A DNA stretch of 64,000 bases. Origin: Gammaproteobacteria bacterium (GTDB lineage Bacteria > Pseudomonadota > Gammaproteobacteria > Steroidobacterales > Steroidobacteraceae). Within the stretch, counting starts at the first letter, position 1. Each line of letters opens with the position of its first letter. This document shows positions 19,526 to 32,258 of the stretch, piece after piece. Made by a program: the position numbers and the translations under genes. Where the stretch lies: positions 13,170 to 77,169 of the forward strand of contig JBJTUA010000022.1 in the NCBI GenBank assembly GCA_046080445.1, read 5' to 3'. A model generated the notes under the pieces. It worked only from the letters and a program-made list of their open reading frames with translations, searched no databases and was not told the origin of the DNA.

Positions 19526-19911
19526 GGCATCTTGATCTTGCCGCCGAGCGTCTGACCGAGTGCCGCGCCCGACTCGGGCACCACGATGCGTGAGGCCGCT
19601 TCGCGACGCATCTGCTGCGCTTCTTCTATGGCATCTTCGAGCGCCTGCTTCACGGCATCCGGAAATTTTTGAATCGCCTCAGCGAGATCTTTGGCATCGA
19701 TCTCGAAACCGAGCGGCAGTACGCCGCCCGGCGTCATGAGCTGCGTCTGACCGAGCCACAAGACCGCTCGCGAGGTATCGGGCGAACCATCCGGAAGGAT
19801 GGGAATCATGCGTCGCAGAGTTCCGGCGCGACGATCTGTGAAGACGTTTTCGCGATAGAGATTCGCGGTATCGATTTTGATTTCGGGGAGACCGAGGTCC
19901 TGATTACTCAT
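19522..19911 (-). CDS. hypothetical 129-aa soluble protein, translationally coupled to the upstream aldehyde dehydrogenase
   Basis: The ORF MSNQDLGLPEIKIDTANLYRENVFTDRRAGTLRRMIPILPDGSPD... has no TM segment or signal and no family I can name. Its ATG overlaps the ALDH stop (ATGA). Its stop overlaps the can stop (TTAG). Confidence 0.6.
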   Translation of the reverse strand: MSNQDLGLPEIKIDTANLYRENVFTDRRAGTLRRMIPILPDGSPDTSRAVLWLGQTQLMTPGGVLPLGFEIDAKDLAEAIQKFPDAVKQALEDAIEEAQQMRREAASRIVVPESGAALGQTLGGKIKMP

Positions 19912-21383
19912 GGAGACTTTCCTTTGCTGAGATTCGATTCGGCCACGCTCGCGAGCGTAGCCGGTTGGCCGTGCTGACGGATCAGCACCTTGCGACGGAA
20001 GAAACGAACGTAGCCGGCAGGACCCATGCGCGATCCGCCGAGCCCGGACAACTTGAAGGAGTGCTTTTCCATTTCGTGGCAGAGCGCCGTGAGCGCGCCG
20101 TCGTTGAGGCTGATGCCACCGGCGTCGATGCGCCGACCGATGACCTCCGCTTCTTCGAGCGTGCCCGCGATCACACCGGCCGACAGTCCGTAGACGCCGT
20201 CGTTGGCGAGCGCCACGGCCTCATCGACTGTATCGAAGGGCATGACCGGGATGACGGGTCCGAAGGTTTCTTCAGTCATGAGCGCCATGCGGTGATCGAC
20301 GTTGACGATGACCGTCGGTCGCAGCCACTTGCCGCCATGATCTTCGATCTGACCCCCGCAGAGCACCCGCGCGCCCTTGGCGACGGCATCGGCGATTTGC
20401 GTGGCGACCACGTCGGCCTGCTTACCGAAAATGAAGGGACCGATGGTACCCTGATGGATGTCGGGCCAGTTCGGCTCGATACCCTTCGCTTTCTCGACGA
20501 GGCGAGTCACGAAGGGTTCAAAGATTTTACGATCGACGTAGACCCGCTCAATGCTCTGGCAAGCCTGGCCGGTCGCCAGACAGGTCGAGCGCAAAGCGAC
20601 GTCGGTGGCGCGCTCAAGATCGGCGCTCGCCGCCACGATGAGTGGATCGTTGCCGCCGAGCTCGAGAAACGCCGGAATGAAGTGACGGGCGGCATTGGCG
20701 GCGACGAGTCGGCCCGTCCCCACGCTGCCCGTGAAGCAGACCACATCGACACTCTCGACGAGTTGTTCACCGGTCTGACGACCGCCGGGCTGCAGATGCA
20801 AGACCTCGGCAAGTTCGGGTACGGCCGCGATGGAGGCCATTGCCGGCGCGACAAAACGCGGCGTGACCTCGCTCGGCTTGATGAACACCCCGCAGCCGGC
20901 AAGCAAGGCGGGAACCGCGTCGATGAAACACAGCGTCGCCGGAAAATTCCAGGGACTGATGATGCCGACGAGCGCGTACGGCACGTACTGTGAGCGGTAA
21001 GAGAACTGCGGCATCGTCGCCGAGCGGGCCTCCTCTTCGAGCGCGAGCGACGGGGCGAGCGTCGCCCAGCGATCGACCATGCCCGTGACCGCCGTGACTT
21101 CGCTCGTGGCGATGAGAAACCGACCGGTATCCTCCGACAAGGCGCGAATGATCTCGCTCTGGCGAGCCGTCCACTCGCGCTGCCAGCGTCGCAGGATGGC
21201 GATGCGCTCATCAAGCGAGCGCGCACGCCAGCGCGCCTGCGCCGCACGCAGGTTTGTCAGCCGCGTCGCAAGCTCGGTGGAGCTCGGCGCGTGGAAGGCG
21301 AAATCGATCTGCCCACTACGAGGATTGCGAACCTCGATACGCTCGCCGCTCGCGGCGTTGGGCAGGGTGTTGAAGACGGTCAT
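19908..21383 (-). CDS. NAD(P)-dependent aldehyde dehydrogenase family protein
   Basis: From ATG 21383 (MTVFNTLPNAASGERIEVRNP...). It carries the ALDH motifs FTGSVGTGR, ELGGNDP and the catalytic Cys block GQACQSIERV. The upstream 100 codons of the track ORF overlap mutT and were rejected. Confidence 0.9.
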   Translation of the reverse strand: MTVFNTLPNAASGERIEVRNPRSGQIDFAFHAPSSTELATRLTNLRAAQARWRARSLDERIAILRRWQREWTARQSEIIRALSEDTGRFLIATSEVTAVTGMVDRWATLAPSLALEEEARSATMPQFSYRSQYVPYALVGIISPWNFPATLCFIDAVPALLAGCGVFIKPSEVTPRFVAPAMASIAAVPELAEVLHLQPGGRQTGEQLVESVDVVCFTGSVGTGRLVAANAARHFIPAFLELGGNDPLIVAASADLERATDVALRSTCLATGQACQSIERVYVDRKIFEPFVTRLVEKAKGIEPNWPDIHQGTIGPFIFGKQADVVATQIADAVAKGARVLCGGQIEDHGGKWLRPTVIVNVDHRMALMTEETFGPVIPVMPFDTVDEAVALANDGVYGLSAGVIAGTLEEAEVIGRRIDAGGISLNDGALTALCHEMEKHSFKLSGLGGSRMGPAGYVRFFRRKVLIRQHGQPATLASVAESNLSKGKSP

Positions 21384-21387
21384 GCGA

Positions 21388-21806
21388 CTATCTTGCGCTG
21401 CCGACACGCTGCTGCAAAGTGCGGATGAACGGCAGGTCCGCTTCGAGGATGTCTTCGTGTTCGAGCGCCCCGATGGCCACCCAGCGCAGCGCCTGCCCAT
21501 CGAGTGACTGCGGCGTGCCCCGCCAGGCCTCGACCACATAAAACAGCAACTCGACCTCCCGATCGGGATACGCGTGGACGAGTGACCTCTCGAACCGACA
21601 GCGCTCGACCTCGATGCCGAGCTCTTCCTTGAGCTCGCGATGCAGGGCGACTTCCGGCGACTCGCCCTCGGCAATCTTGCCACCCGGAAATTCCCAGCGG
21701 CCGGCCATGTGCTTGCCGGGCGGGCGGGCGGCGATGAGCACGCGCTGCTGCGCGTCGATCAGCGCGCCGGCCACGACGACGATACGCGGTGTGTCGGCAG
21801 CGGCGC

Positions 21807-21831
<25 letters not shown>
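21388..21831 (-). CDS. mutT: 8-oxo-dGTP diphosphatase (Nudix) MutT
   Basis: Nudix box [24 protein letters not shown]. It lies directly downstream of secA as in E. coli. The GTG start overlaps the secA 3' end by 25 nt. Confidence 0.88.
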
Positions 21832-24578
<2,747 letters not shown>

Positions 24579-24650
24579 CCGGGGGAACCCTAGACAGACG
24601 CCGATTAAAAGTTCGGCATTTTACGTCTTTTGGGGTCCGGCCGGTCGAAT

Positions 24651-25556
24651 TCAACCCCCGAGATAGGAGAGCGGGTTCACCGGAGCGCCGTTGCGCAACA
24701 CTTCGAAGTGCACATGCGGGCCGGTGGAGCGGCCGGTCGAGCCCATGATCGCAAGGCGCTGCCCGCGGGAGACGGTATCGCCCTGACGAACCAGCACCTC
24801 GGAGTTGTGGGCGTAGCGCGTGACGTAGCCATCACCATGCGTCACATCGACCACATAACCATAGTCGGGTCGATAGCCCGCGAACGTGACGACGCCCGCG
24901 CCGACGGCAATGACGAGATCGCCGGCGTTACCGGCGAAGTCGACACCACGATGGAAACTGAACTCGCCCGACACGGGATCTTGTCGATTGCCGAAACCGG
25001 AGGACATAAAGCCACGCTCGACCGGTCGACCTTCGGGGAGAATCTGCTTGCGCAGTTCACGCTGCAGGATGATTTGCTCGAGCACGTTGAGCTGCGCGTC
25101 GCGCTGCACGAGTCGCGTTTCGAAATCGTCGATCATCGCGGTGAGCTCGGGCGCTTGAACCGCTACGGCCGAACCGGACTCCGGGCCACCGGCTGAAGGT
25201 GCCATCGAAAAATCGAACTCGTGCGAGTCGACGTTGGCCATTTCGGCGAGGCGCTTGCCGAGCGCATCGAGACGAATGATGTGGGCGTTCAACTGACCGA
25301 CTCGAGCCGACATGGCGTCGATGCGTTCTTGCAGTCGCGCACGAAGCTCGTCGATCTCGCTCTGATCGGTGGCCGTCAGTCGCGCGAACAGCGACGAGGC
25401 GTTACCCGACGAACGTTCGGCGACGCTGAAGCCCGCGAGGAACGAGAGAGTGAGCAACACCAGCAACACCGTGGTGCCGATACCGAGCACCCAATGACCG
25501 GGTAGATCGAGGCTGCGAATTTGCGCGGCACGTCGCCGTAGCACGACGAATTTCAT
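24651..25556 (-). CDS. M23/LytM-family metallopeptidase with N-terminal TM and coiled coil
   Basis: 301 aa with the LytM motifs HRGVDF and GPHVHFEV, a TM segment near the N-terminus, and a coiled-coil region. Confidence 0.88.
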   Translation of the reverse strand: MKFVVLRRRAAQIRSLDLPGHWVLGIGTTVLLVLLTLSFLAGFSVAERSSGNASSLFARLTATDQSEIDELRARLQERIDAMSARVGQLNAHIIRLDALGKRLAEMANVDSHEFDFSMAPSAGGPESGSAVAVQAPELTAMIDDFETRLVQRDAQLNVLEQIILQRELRKQILPEGRPVERGFMSSGFGNRQDPVSGEFSFHRGVDFAGNAGDLVIAVGAGVVTFAGYRPDYGYVVDVTHGDGYVTRYAHNSEVLVRQGDTVSRGQRLAIMGSTGRSTGPHVHFEVLRNGAPVNPLSYLGG

Positions 25557-25663
25557 CGCTAGCCCCCCCCTTGCTGATGATGACCGAAGACGATTCGGGC
25601 CCGTGGCTGAGGATGTTGCCCCCTCGCCCAGCGAGCCAGTGCCATAATGAAAGAGCCGCGACT

Positions 25664-26062
25664 ATGCCTAAACTCCCCTCCCGACTCAACCCAAAAGCTC
25701 CCGAAGCGGGGCGATCCTCGGCGCGGCCCGGTGCCCCTGCGCGGCCGGGGCGCCCCAAAGAAATCAAGGACTTGCTCACCCGGTCCGGGCTTGCCCAGGC
25801 AGCTCAAAAATTTGCCGGACAGCAACGGGATTGGCGTGATTTTTTTGCAGAGAAGCTCGAGGCGGACTTGCTTGCGGCCATCGTGAACTACGTCGAGCGC
25901 GATGGCACGCTCACGGTGCACGCCAGTTCAGCTTCGTGGGCCGCGCGTTTGCGCTTCGCCCTACCCGATCTTGCCGATGACGCCAGGGCCTTTCGCCCCG
26001 CAGTCAAAAAAATGGTGGTGAAGGTTCAGCCGGTGGCGGCGAGCACGGGCGCCCGCACGTAA
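25664..26062 (+). CDS. DUF721-domain protein (DciA-type putative helicase-loading factor)
   Basis: From ATG 25664 the sequence is MPKLPSRL...[30 protein letters not shown]. This is the typical DUF721 core, and the gene sits between lpxC and secA as in Pseudomonas. The start is inferred. Confidence 0.7.
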   Translation: MPKLPSRLNPKAPEAGRSSARPGAPARPGRPKEIKDLLTRSGLAQAAQKFAGQQRDWRDFFAEKLEADLLAAIVNYVERDGTLTVHASSASWAARLRFALPDLADDARAFRPAVKKMVVKVQPVAASTGART

Positions 26063-26946
26063 GAGATGGGCGCGTCCTCGGGACGCTCGAACACGATGGC
26101 TTCCCACGCCGACTCGTCCGCGAGCAGCGTACGCAGCAAGCGGTTGTTGAGTCCGTGACCGGATTTGTAGGCCGAGAACTCGCCGATGAGGCTGTGGCCG
26201 AGCAAATACAGATCGCCGATCGCGTCGAGGATCTTGTGCTTCACGAACTCGTCTTCGTAGCGCAGACCGCCTTCGTTCAGCACCTTCGAGTCATCGAGCA
26301 CGATGGCATTGTCGAGATTGCCACCCAGCGCGAGGTTGCGGGCGCGCATGGACTCAAGGTCGCGCATGAATCCGAACGTGCGCGCACGACTGATTTCTTT
26401 GAGGAACGACGTCGTGGAGAAATCCATGGTGGCGCGCTGGCCGTGACGCTTGAAGATCGGATGGTTGAATTCGATTTCGAAGTTGACCTTGAAGCCATCG
26501 AAGGGATCGAAGCGCGCCCACTTTTCGCCATCTTCGACCTTCACGGATTTGCGTATGCGCACGAACCGCTTCGGCGTGCGCTGCTGCTCGAGACCGGCCG
26601 ATTGCAGCAGGAACACGAAGGGGCCGGCACTGCCGTCCATGATAGGCACTTCGGGTCCGGTGAGTTCGACGAGCGCGTTGTCGATGCCAAGACCCGCGAA
26701 CGCCGACAACAGATGCTCGACCGTCGAGACGCGCACTTCACCTTTGACGAGCGACGTGCCAAGTGTGGTTTCGCCGACGTTGCCCGCGCGAGCCGGAATG
26801 TCGACGGGAACGGAGAGGTCGGTGCGTCGAAAGACGATACCGGTGTCCGGTGCTGCCGGACGGATGGTCATGAGAATGCGTTTGCCGGAGTGCAGTCCCA
26901 CTCCGCTGGCGCGAATGACGTGCTTTAAAGTGCGTCGACCGACCAT
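26026..26946 (-). CDS. lpxC: UDP-3-O-acyl-GlcNAc deacetylase
   Basis: 306 aa, [28 protein letters not shown]...[12 protein letters not shown]...SGH, distal to ftsZ as in the E. coli dcw cluster. Confidence 0.97.
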   Translation of the reverse strand: MVGRRTLKHVIRASGVGLHSGKRILMTIRPAAPDTGIVFRRTDLSVPVDIPARAGNVGETTLGTSLVKGEVRVSTVEHLLSAFAGLGIDNALVELTGPEVPIMDGSAGPFVFLLQSAGLEQQRTPKRFVRIRKSVKVEDGEKWARFDPFDGFKVNFEIEFNHPIFKRHGQRATMDFSTTSFLKEISRARTFGFMRDLESMRARNLALGGNLDNAIVLDDSKVLNEGGLRYEDEFVKHKILDAIGDLYLLGHSLIGEFSAYKSGHGLNNRLLRTLLADESAWEAIVFERPEDAPISYVRAPVLAATG

Positions 26947-26967
26947 AGTTTCCCCCGACTGCCCCGT

Positions 26968-26993
26968 AGCATGCCGCCTGCTGGCGGCATGCT
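26968..26993 (-). terminator. perfect 11-bp stem / 4-nt loop hairpin between ftsZ and lpxC
   Basis: agcatgccgcc-tgct-ggcggcatgct read directly. No T-run follows, so it is a possible attenuator, processing or stability element rather than a classic intrinsic terminator. Confidence 0.4.
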
Positions 26994-27035
26994 GGGGGAG
27001 TCATCGAAGGCGGCGAGTGTACCCCAAACCGCCTG

Positions 27036-28241
27036 TCAGTCGGCCTGCCGTCGCAGGAAAGCCGGGATGTCGAGGATGTCCTCGGCACCGGCCGGTTCGT
27101 CGTGACGCAGGCCATCACCCGCCGCCACTTTGAGACGCTCGTACGCCGGAACGTCGAGCTTGCTGTAGTCGGAAGAGACGACCACCGGACGACGGCCGAC
27201 GCGCGGCGCATCGAAGGCCGAACGAGCCGGCGCGGCGCGCACCCCACTCGAGGACGACGCACCTCGCGCCGCCATCTGCGCCTGCGTGCGCGCAAGACCC
27301 GTGGCCACCACCGTGACGCGCAGTTCGTCGGTGAGCGAGGGGTCGATGACCGTACCCACCACGACCGTAGCGTCTTCCGAGGCAAATTCCTTGACGATGT
27401 TGCCGACTTGTTCGAACTCGCCGATGCCGAGGTCGAGACCCGCCGTCACGTTGACGAGAATGCCGCGGGCGCCGGAGAGATTGACGTCCTCGAGGAGCGG
27501 CGAGGAGACGGCCATCTCGGCCGCCACGCGCGCGCGGTCTTCACCCGTCGCGTGACCCGAACCCATCATCGCCATGCCGGTCTCGCTCATGACGGTGCGC
27601 ACGTCGGCAAAGTCGACGTTGATGAGACCCGGACGCGTGATGAGCTCTGCGATGCCCTGCACCGCGCCCTGCAATACGCCATTGGCGCTCTTGAAGGCAT
27701 CGAGGAGCGTCGTCTTCGGACCGAGCACCGTGAGCAACTTCTGGTTCGGAATGGTGATGAGCGAGTCGACGTGCTTGGCGAGTTCGTTCATGCCCTGATC
27801 GGCGACCAAGGAGCGCTTGTTGCCTTCCATGATGAACGGTCGCGTGACAACCGCGACGGTGAGGATGCCGAGTTCCTTGGCGATCTGCGCAACGACCGGC
27901 GCCGCACCCGTGCCCGTGCCGCCGCCCATGCCGGCGGTGATGAACAGCATGTCGCAGCCATCGATCATCTCGATGATGCGATCACGATCTTCCATCGCGG
28001 CCTGACGACCGACGTCAGGGTTTGCGCCCGCGCCGAGTCCCTTGGTGATGTTGGTACCAATCTGCAGCGAAGTCTTCACGTTGGAATTCTTCAACGCCTG
28101 CGCATCGGTATTGATGCACATGAAATCCACGCCCTCGATGCCGGTCTGCACCATGTGCGATACGGCGTTACCGCCGCCACCGCCCACACCCAGCACCTTG
28201 ATCACCGCGTTTTGGCTGTAAGAGTCCATGAGTTCAAACAT
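27036..28241 (-). CDS. ftsZ: cell-division GTPase FtsZ
   Basis: 401 aa with the tubulin signature GGGTGTGAAPV and NAVIKVLGVGGGGGNAV. The C-terminal tail reads DIPAFLRRQAD. Confidence 0.98.
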   Translation of the reverse strand: MFELMDSYSQNAVIKVLGVGGGGGNAVSHMVQTGIEGVDFMCINTDAQALKNSNVKTSLQIGTNITKGLGAGANPDVGRQAAMEDRDRIIEMIDGCDMLFITAGMGGGTGTGAAPVVAQIAKELGILTVAVVTRPFIMEGNKRSLVADQGMNELAKHVDSLITIPNQKLLTVLGPKTTLLDAFKSANGVLQGAVQGIAELITRPGLINVDFADVRTVMSETGMAMMGSGHATGEDRARVAAEMAVSSPLLEDVNLSGARGILVNVTAGLDLGIGEFEQVGNIVKEFASEDATVVVGTVIDPSLTDELRVTVVATGLARTQAQMAARGASSSSGVRAAPARSAFDAPRVGRRPVVVSSDYSKLDVPAYERLKVAAGDGLRHDEPAGAEDILDIPAFLRRQAD

Positions 28242-28288
28242 TGCACGTCGCTCCTGTAGTCGAAGTTGTCAAAATTGAAAAATCGAAA

Positions 28289-29527
28289 TTAGAAATTGCC
28301 CTGAAACCAGTCCCGCATACGCTCCACCATGCTGCGTGCGTTGCCGGCAATCGCCCGCGTGCGCGAACCGCGCGGCACGAGATGATCGCGGCCGTAGAGC
28401 AGCAGCCCCACCCCCGTCGAATGAATCGGATTGCTCGTGACATCGGCGAGGCCGCGCACGCCGACCGGCATGCCGAGTCGAACCGGCACGTGAAAGACTT
28501 CTTCGGCGAGCTCGATGGCGCCTTCCATCTTGGCGCTGCCGCCGGTGAGCACGATGCCCGCCGCAATCACCTCTTCGAAGCCACTGCGTCGCAACTCCTC
28601 GCGAATGAGACCGAAGAGCTCTTCGTACCGCGGCTCGACGATCTCGGCGAGCGTCTGTCTGGCGAGTCGTCGCGCCGGACGATCACCGACACTCGGAACT
28701 TCGATGGTTTCGTCGGGGTTCGCGAGCTGCGAGAGCGCACAGGCGTAGCGCAGCTTGATCTCCTCGGCGTTCTGGGTCGGCGTACGCATCGACACGGCGA
28801 TATCGTTCGTGACTTGATCGCCTGCGATCGGAATCACGGCCGTGTGACGGATCGCACCGTGCGAAAACACCGCGATGTCGGTCGTGCCACCGCCGATATC
28901 GACGAGGCAGACCCCGAGATCTTTTTCGTCGTCGGTGAGCACGGCGTAGCTCGAAGCGAGCTGCTCGAGTACGATGTCGTCGACATCGAGACCGCAGCGC
29001 TGGATGCATTTTTCGATGTTCTGCGCGGCGCTGTCGGCACCGGTGACGATATGCACCTTGGCTTCGAGCCGAACGCCCGACATGCTGACCGGATCACGAA
29101 TGCCTTCCTGACCGTCGATGATGAATTCCTGCGGCAGCACATGCAGAATTTTTTGATCGGCCGGAATGGCGACGGCCTTGGCGGCGTCGATCACGTGATC
29201 GACATCGGCCAGCTGCACCTCTTTGTCGCGAATCGCCACCACGCCATGCGAGTTGAGGCTGCGAACATGGCTGCCGGCGATGCCAGCGAACACGGAGTGG
29301 ATCTCGCAGCCGGCCATGAGCTCGGCCTCTTCCACGGCCCGCTGTATCGACTGCACGGTCGACTCGATGTTCACCACTACACCGCGCTTGAGTCCGCGCG
29401 AAGGCTGCGAGCCGATGCCGATGATCTCGATGCTGTTGTCTGGTGCGATCTCGCCGACCAGCGCCACCACTTTGGAGGTGCCGATATCGAGTCCGACGAT
29501 CAGTTGTCTTTCTGGTTTTTTCGCCAT
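28289..29527 (-). CDS. ftsA: cell-division protein FtsA
   Basis: 412 aa, actin-like (VGLDIGTSKVVALVGE, DIGGGTTDIAV), with the C-terminal amphipathic helix ...MRDWFQGNF. Confidence 0.97.
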   Translation of the reverse strand: MAKKPERQLIVGLDIGTSKVVALVGEIAPDNSIEIIGIGSQPSRGLKRGVVVNIESTVQSIQRAVEEAELMAGCEIHSVFAGIAGSHVRSLNSHGVVAIRDKEVQLADVDHVIDAAKAVAIPADQKILHVLPQEFIIDGQEGIRDPVSMSGVRLEAKVHIVTGADSAAQNIEKCIQRCGLDVDDIVLEQLASSYAVLTDDEKDLGVCLVDIGGGTTDIAVFSHGAIRHTAVIPIAGDQVTNDIAVSMRTPTQNAEEIKLRYACALSQLANPDETIEVPSVGDRPARRLARQTLAEIVEPRYEELFGLIREELRRSGFEEVIAAGIVLTGGSAKMEGAIELAEEVFHVPVRLGMPVGVRGLADVTSNPIHSTGVGLLLYGRDHLVPRGSRTRAIAGNARSMVERMRDWFQGNF

Positions 29528-29543
29528 GTTCCTTGTCCGTCCA

Positions 29544-30347
29544 TCAACCTTCCGGGGCGTCGTCGAACTCGTCGACCGACGCGACCTTGGTGCTGCCCCG
29601 CCAGCCCACCGAAAATCCGTTCGTGTAGCGCATGTCTACGTAATTGATCTCGGCCGATCGCTGCACCACGATGCGCAGCGCTGCCGCCACGAAACGCTCG
29701 AAGCGCTCATCGACTTGCCGACGTCCCAGGCGGATGCGGACGCCGTTGTCGAGATCGATCTCCCACGCGCCGCGCGCATCGAGTCGCAACGCTGCAATGC
29801 GTACCCCGCCCTCGACGAGCCGACCTTGGATCGCGAGGTAACGCTTGGCGACCAGGGTCTCGGTATCTTTGGGACCAGAGAGTCGCGGCAACTCGGGCGG
29901 AATGAATCGCGCCTCGGAGAGAAACAGTTCGCCACGATCGTTGAGCAGACCGTTGGCGCCCCAGCGGGCCGCAGCGACCTGCTCGACCACGCGAACCTGC
30001 AGACCACGCGGCCAGGCGCGACCGACGCTCGCCGTATCGACCCAGGGCAATTCTTCGATCGCACGCTGCAAGGTGGCCAGATCGACCGTCACGAGACCGG
30101 CATCGTGGATGCGATCTCGCACGGCCTGCTCCACATCCATCGGCGAGACGCGCTGGAAACGACCCTGAACCACGACGCGATCGATCGGCTGGTCGAGCGC
30201 GGTGACGATCAACCAAAGAAATGCCGCTACGGCCGCAAAACCCGACACGCCGTAGGTGATTCGACGCCAGTCGATCTCGGGCATTTCCCAAGACGGCTTC
30301 TCGGCGCGACGGCGATTGCGGGCTTTTCGATTTGCAAACAGACTCAT
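29544..30347 (-). CDS. ftsQ: cell-division protein FtsQ
   Basis: From ATG 30347 the sequence is MSLFANRKARNRRR..., a TM segment (GVSGFAAVAAFLWLIVTAL), then POTRA/FtsQ domains. Located between ddl and ftsA. Confidence 0.9.
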   Translation of the reverse strand: MSLFANRKARNRRRAEKPSWEMPEIDWRRITYGVSGFAAVAAFLWLIVTALDQPIDRVVVQGRFQRVSPMDVEQAVRDRIHDAGLVTVDLATLQRAIEELPWVDTASVGRAWPRGLQVRVVEQVAAARWGANGLLNDRGELFLSEARFIPPELPRLSGPKDTETLVAKRYLAIQGRLVEGGVRIAALRLDARGAWEIDLDNGVRIRLGRRQVDERFERFVAAALRIVVQRSAEINYVDMRYTNGFSVGWRGSTKVASVDEFDDAPEG

Positions 30348-30363
30348 GCTGACTCTCCTGCCC

Positions 30364-31332
30364 TCAATCACTGCGCCGACGCACGAAACTCGTCTCGAGT
30401 ACGCGCCACACGAGGGTGTCGAAGTCGATGCCACTCGCCTTCGCCGCCATCGGCACAAGGCTGTGATCGGTCATTCCGGGAACGGTGTTGATTTCGAGAA
30501 GTAACGGGCGACCGGTCGCGTCCATCATGAAATCGACCCGCCCCCAGCCTTCTGCGCCGACCGCGGCGAACGCGCCAATCGCGAGCGCACCGAGATGCTT
30601 CTCCGTCTCGGCCGACAGACCCGACGGGCATTCGTAGACGGTGTCCGAGCGCAAATATTTCGCTTCGTAGTCGTAGAACGTCTTCGGCGTGGCGATGCGA
30701 ATCGAAGGCAGCGCTTTGCCATGCAACACGCCGACGGTGAATTCGGAACCCGGGATGAACGCCTCGGCGAGCACCACCTCGTCGGTGGCAGCCGCCGCCG
30801 CGTAGGCCGCAGGAAGATCGGCCGCACGTTCGACCTTGGTGATGCCGACCGATGAGCCTTGCGTGGCCGGCTTCACGAACATCGGCAAACCGAGTCGCGC
30901 GAGCGCGGTCTCGAAGTCCGACGGTCCGCGAAGCACCATGAAATCCGCCGTGGAAATTCCGACGGCGGCCGCAAGACGCTTGGTACGGACCTTGTCCATG
31001 CAGACGGCAGAGCCGAGCACGCCGCTGCCCGTATAGGGCAACCCCAAGCACTCGAGCGCCCCTTGCAAGGTGCCGTCCTCGCCGCCGGGGCCGTGCAAGG
31101 CAATCCAGACGCGATCAAATCTTTGATCGACGAGTGCAGACAGCGGCGTCTCGCGCGGATCGACGGCCTGCGCATCGACTCCTTTGCGAAGGAGCGCCGC
31201 CAGCACGGCGTGGCCGGTGAGCAAAGAAATCTCGCGCTCGCTCGACTGCCCGCCGAGCATAACGGCAACCTTGCCGAATTCGCGGGCATCGCTCACGGCG
31301 TGAACGGCCGAAGGATCGTGGGTCAGGCGCAT
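30364..31332 (-). CDS. ddl: D-alanine--D-alanine ligase
   Basis: From ATG 31332 the sequence is MRLTHDP...[20 protein letters not shown]...[12 protein letters not shown]...EINTVPGMT. The start overlaps the murB stop. Confidence 0.95.
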   Translation of the reverse strand: MRLTHDPSAVHAVSDAREFGKVAVMLGGQSSEREISLLTGHAVLAALLRKGVDAQAVDPRETPLSALVDQRFDRVWIALHGPGGEDGTLQGALECLGLPYTGSGVLGSAVCMDKVRTKRLAAAVGISTADFMVLRGPSDFETALARLGLPMFVKPATQGSSVGITKVERAADLPAAYAAAAATDEVVLAEAFIPGSEFTVGVLHGKALPSIRIATPKTFYDYEAKYLRSDTVYECPSGLSAETEKHLGALAIGAFAAVGAEGWGRVDFMMDATGRPLLLEINTVPGMTDHSLVPMAAKASGIDFDTLVWRVLETSFVRRRSD

Positions 31333-32258
31333 CAGGCGGCTTCCCCCACGATGCGCACCTCGGTGTTGAGGCAGATACCGAAACGCTGCGTCACGGTGTC
31401 GCGAACGCGATAAATCAATTGTTCGAGATCGGCGGCCGTGGCCTCGCCCTCGTTGACGATGAAGTTGGCATGCTTCGGTGATACCAGGGCGCCACCGATA
31501 CGCGTACCTTTGAGGCCTGCAGCTTCGATGAGTCGCGCCGCGTGATCGCCCGGCGGATTGGTGAATACCGAGCCACAGCTCCACTCGCCGATTGGCTGCT
31601 TCTGCTTGCGCTCGACGAGCAGATCACGAATCGCCTCGTTGCTCACGCCCTCGCGCCGCTCGAAGTGCAGTGTCGCGCCCAAGAACGCTTCGGCGGCGAC
31701 AGGGGACTCGACGTGTCGATAGGACACGCGGTACTCGGAGGCATCACGCATACGGATCGTGCCGCTGCGATCGATGACTTCGACGTTGCGCACGTGGCGC
31801 CAAGTCTCGCCGCCGAACGCGCCGGCGTTCATGGCGAGTGCGCCGCCGAGCGTACCGGGAATCCCGGCAAAGAATTCGGCGGGACCCAGTCCCCACTTGA
31901 CGCATTGACGTGCGATGCGCGCGCAAGGCACACCCGCTTCGCACCAGACCTCGGTGTCACTGCGGCGCTCGAGATCACTCAAGGCGCCATGCAAAGAAAT
32001 GACGGCACCGCGCAAGCCGCCATCACGCACCAACAAATTGCTGCCAAGACCCACCCACCAGAGCGGCGCATCGGCAGGCAAGGTACGCAGGAACGCAGCG
32101 AGATCTGCGCGATCACGCGGCTCGAAGAACAGTTCCGCGGGGCCGCCGACGTGCCAAGACGTATGTCGTGACATCGGCTCCTCGAGCGCGAGGCGTCCGG
32201 CGAACTGCGTCTGCAGCGACATGCACAGCGAGGGATCGAGCCGCAGCGGACCCATCAA
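31332..32258 (-). CDS. murB: UDP-N-acetylenolpyruvoylglucosamine reductase
   Basis: 308 aa, [21 protein letters not shown]...[10 protein letters not shown]...GSVFTNP...[10 protein letters not shown]. Confidence 0.94.
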   Translation of the reverse strand: MMGPLRLDPSLCMSLQTQFAGRLALEEPMSRHTSWHVGGPAELFFEPRDRADLAAFLRTLPADAPLWWVGLGSNLLVRDGGLRGAVISLHGALSDLERRSDTEVWCEAGVPCARIARQCVKWGLGPAEFFAGIPGTLGGALAMNAGAFGGETWRHVRNVEVIDRSGTIRMRDASEYRVSYRHVESPVAAEAFLGATLHFERREGVSNEAIRDLLVERKQKQPIGEWSCGSVFTNPPGDHAARLIEAAGLKGTRIGGALVSPKHANFIVNEGEATAADLEQLIYRVRDTVTQRFGICLNTEVRIVGEAA

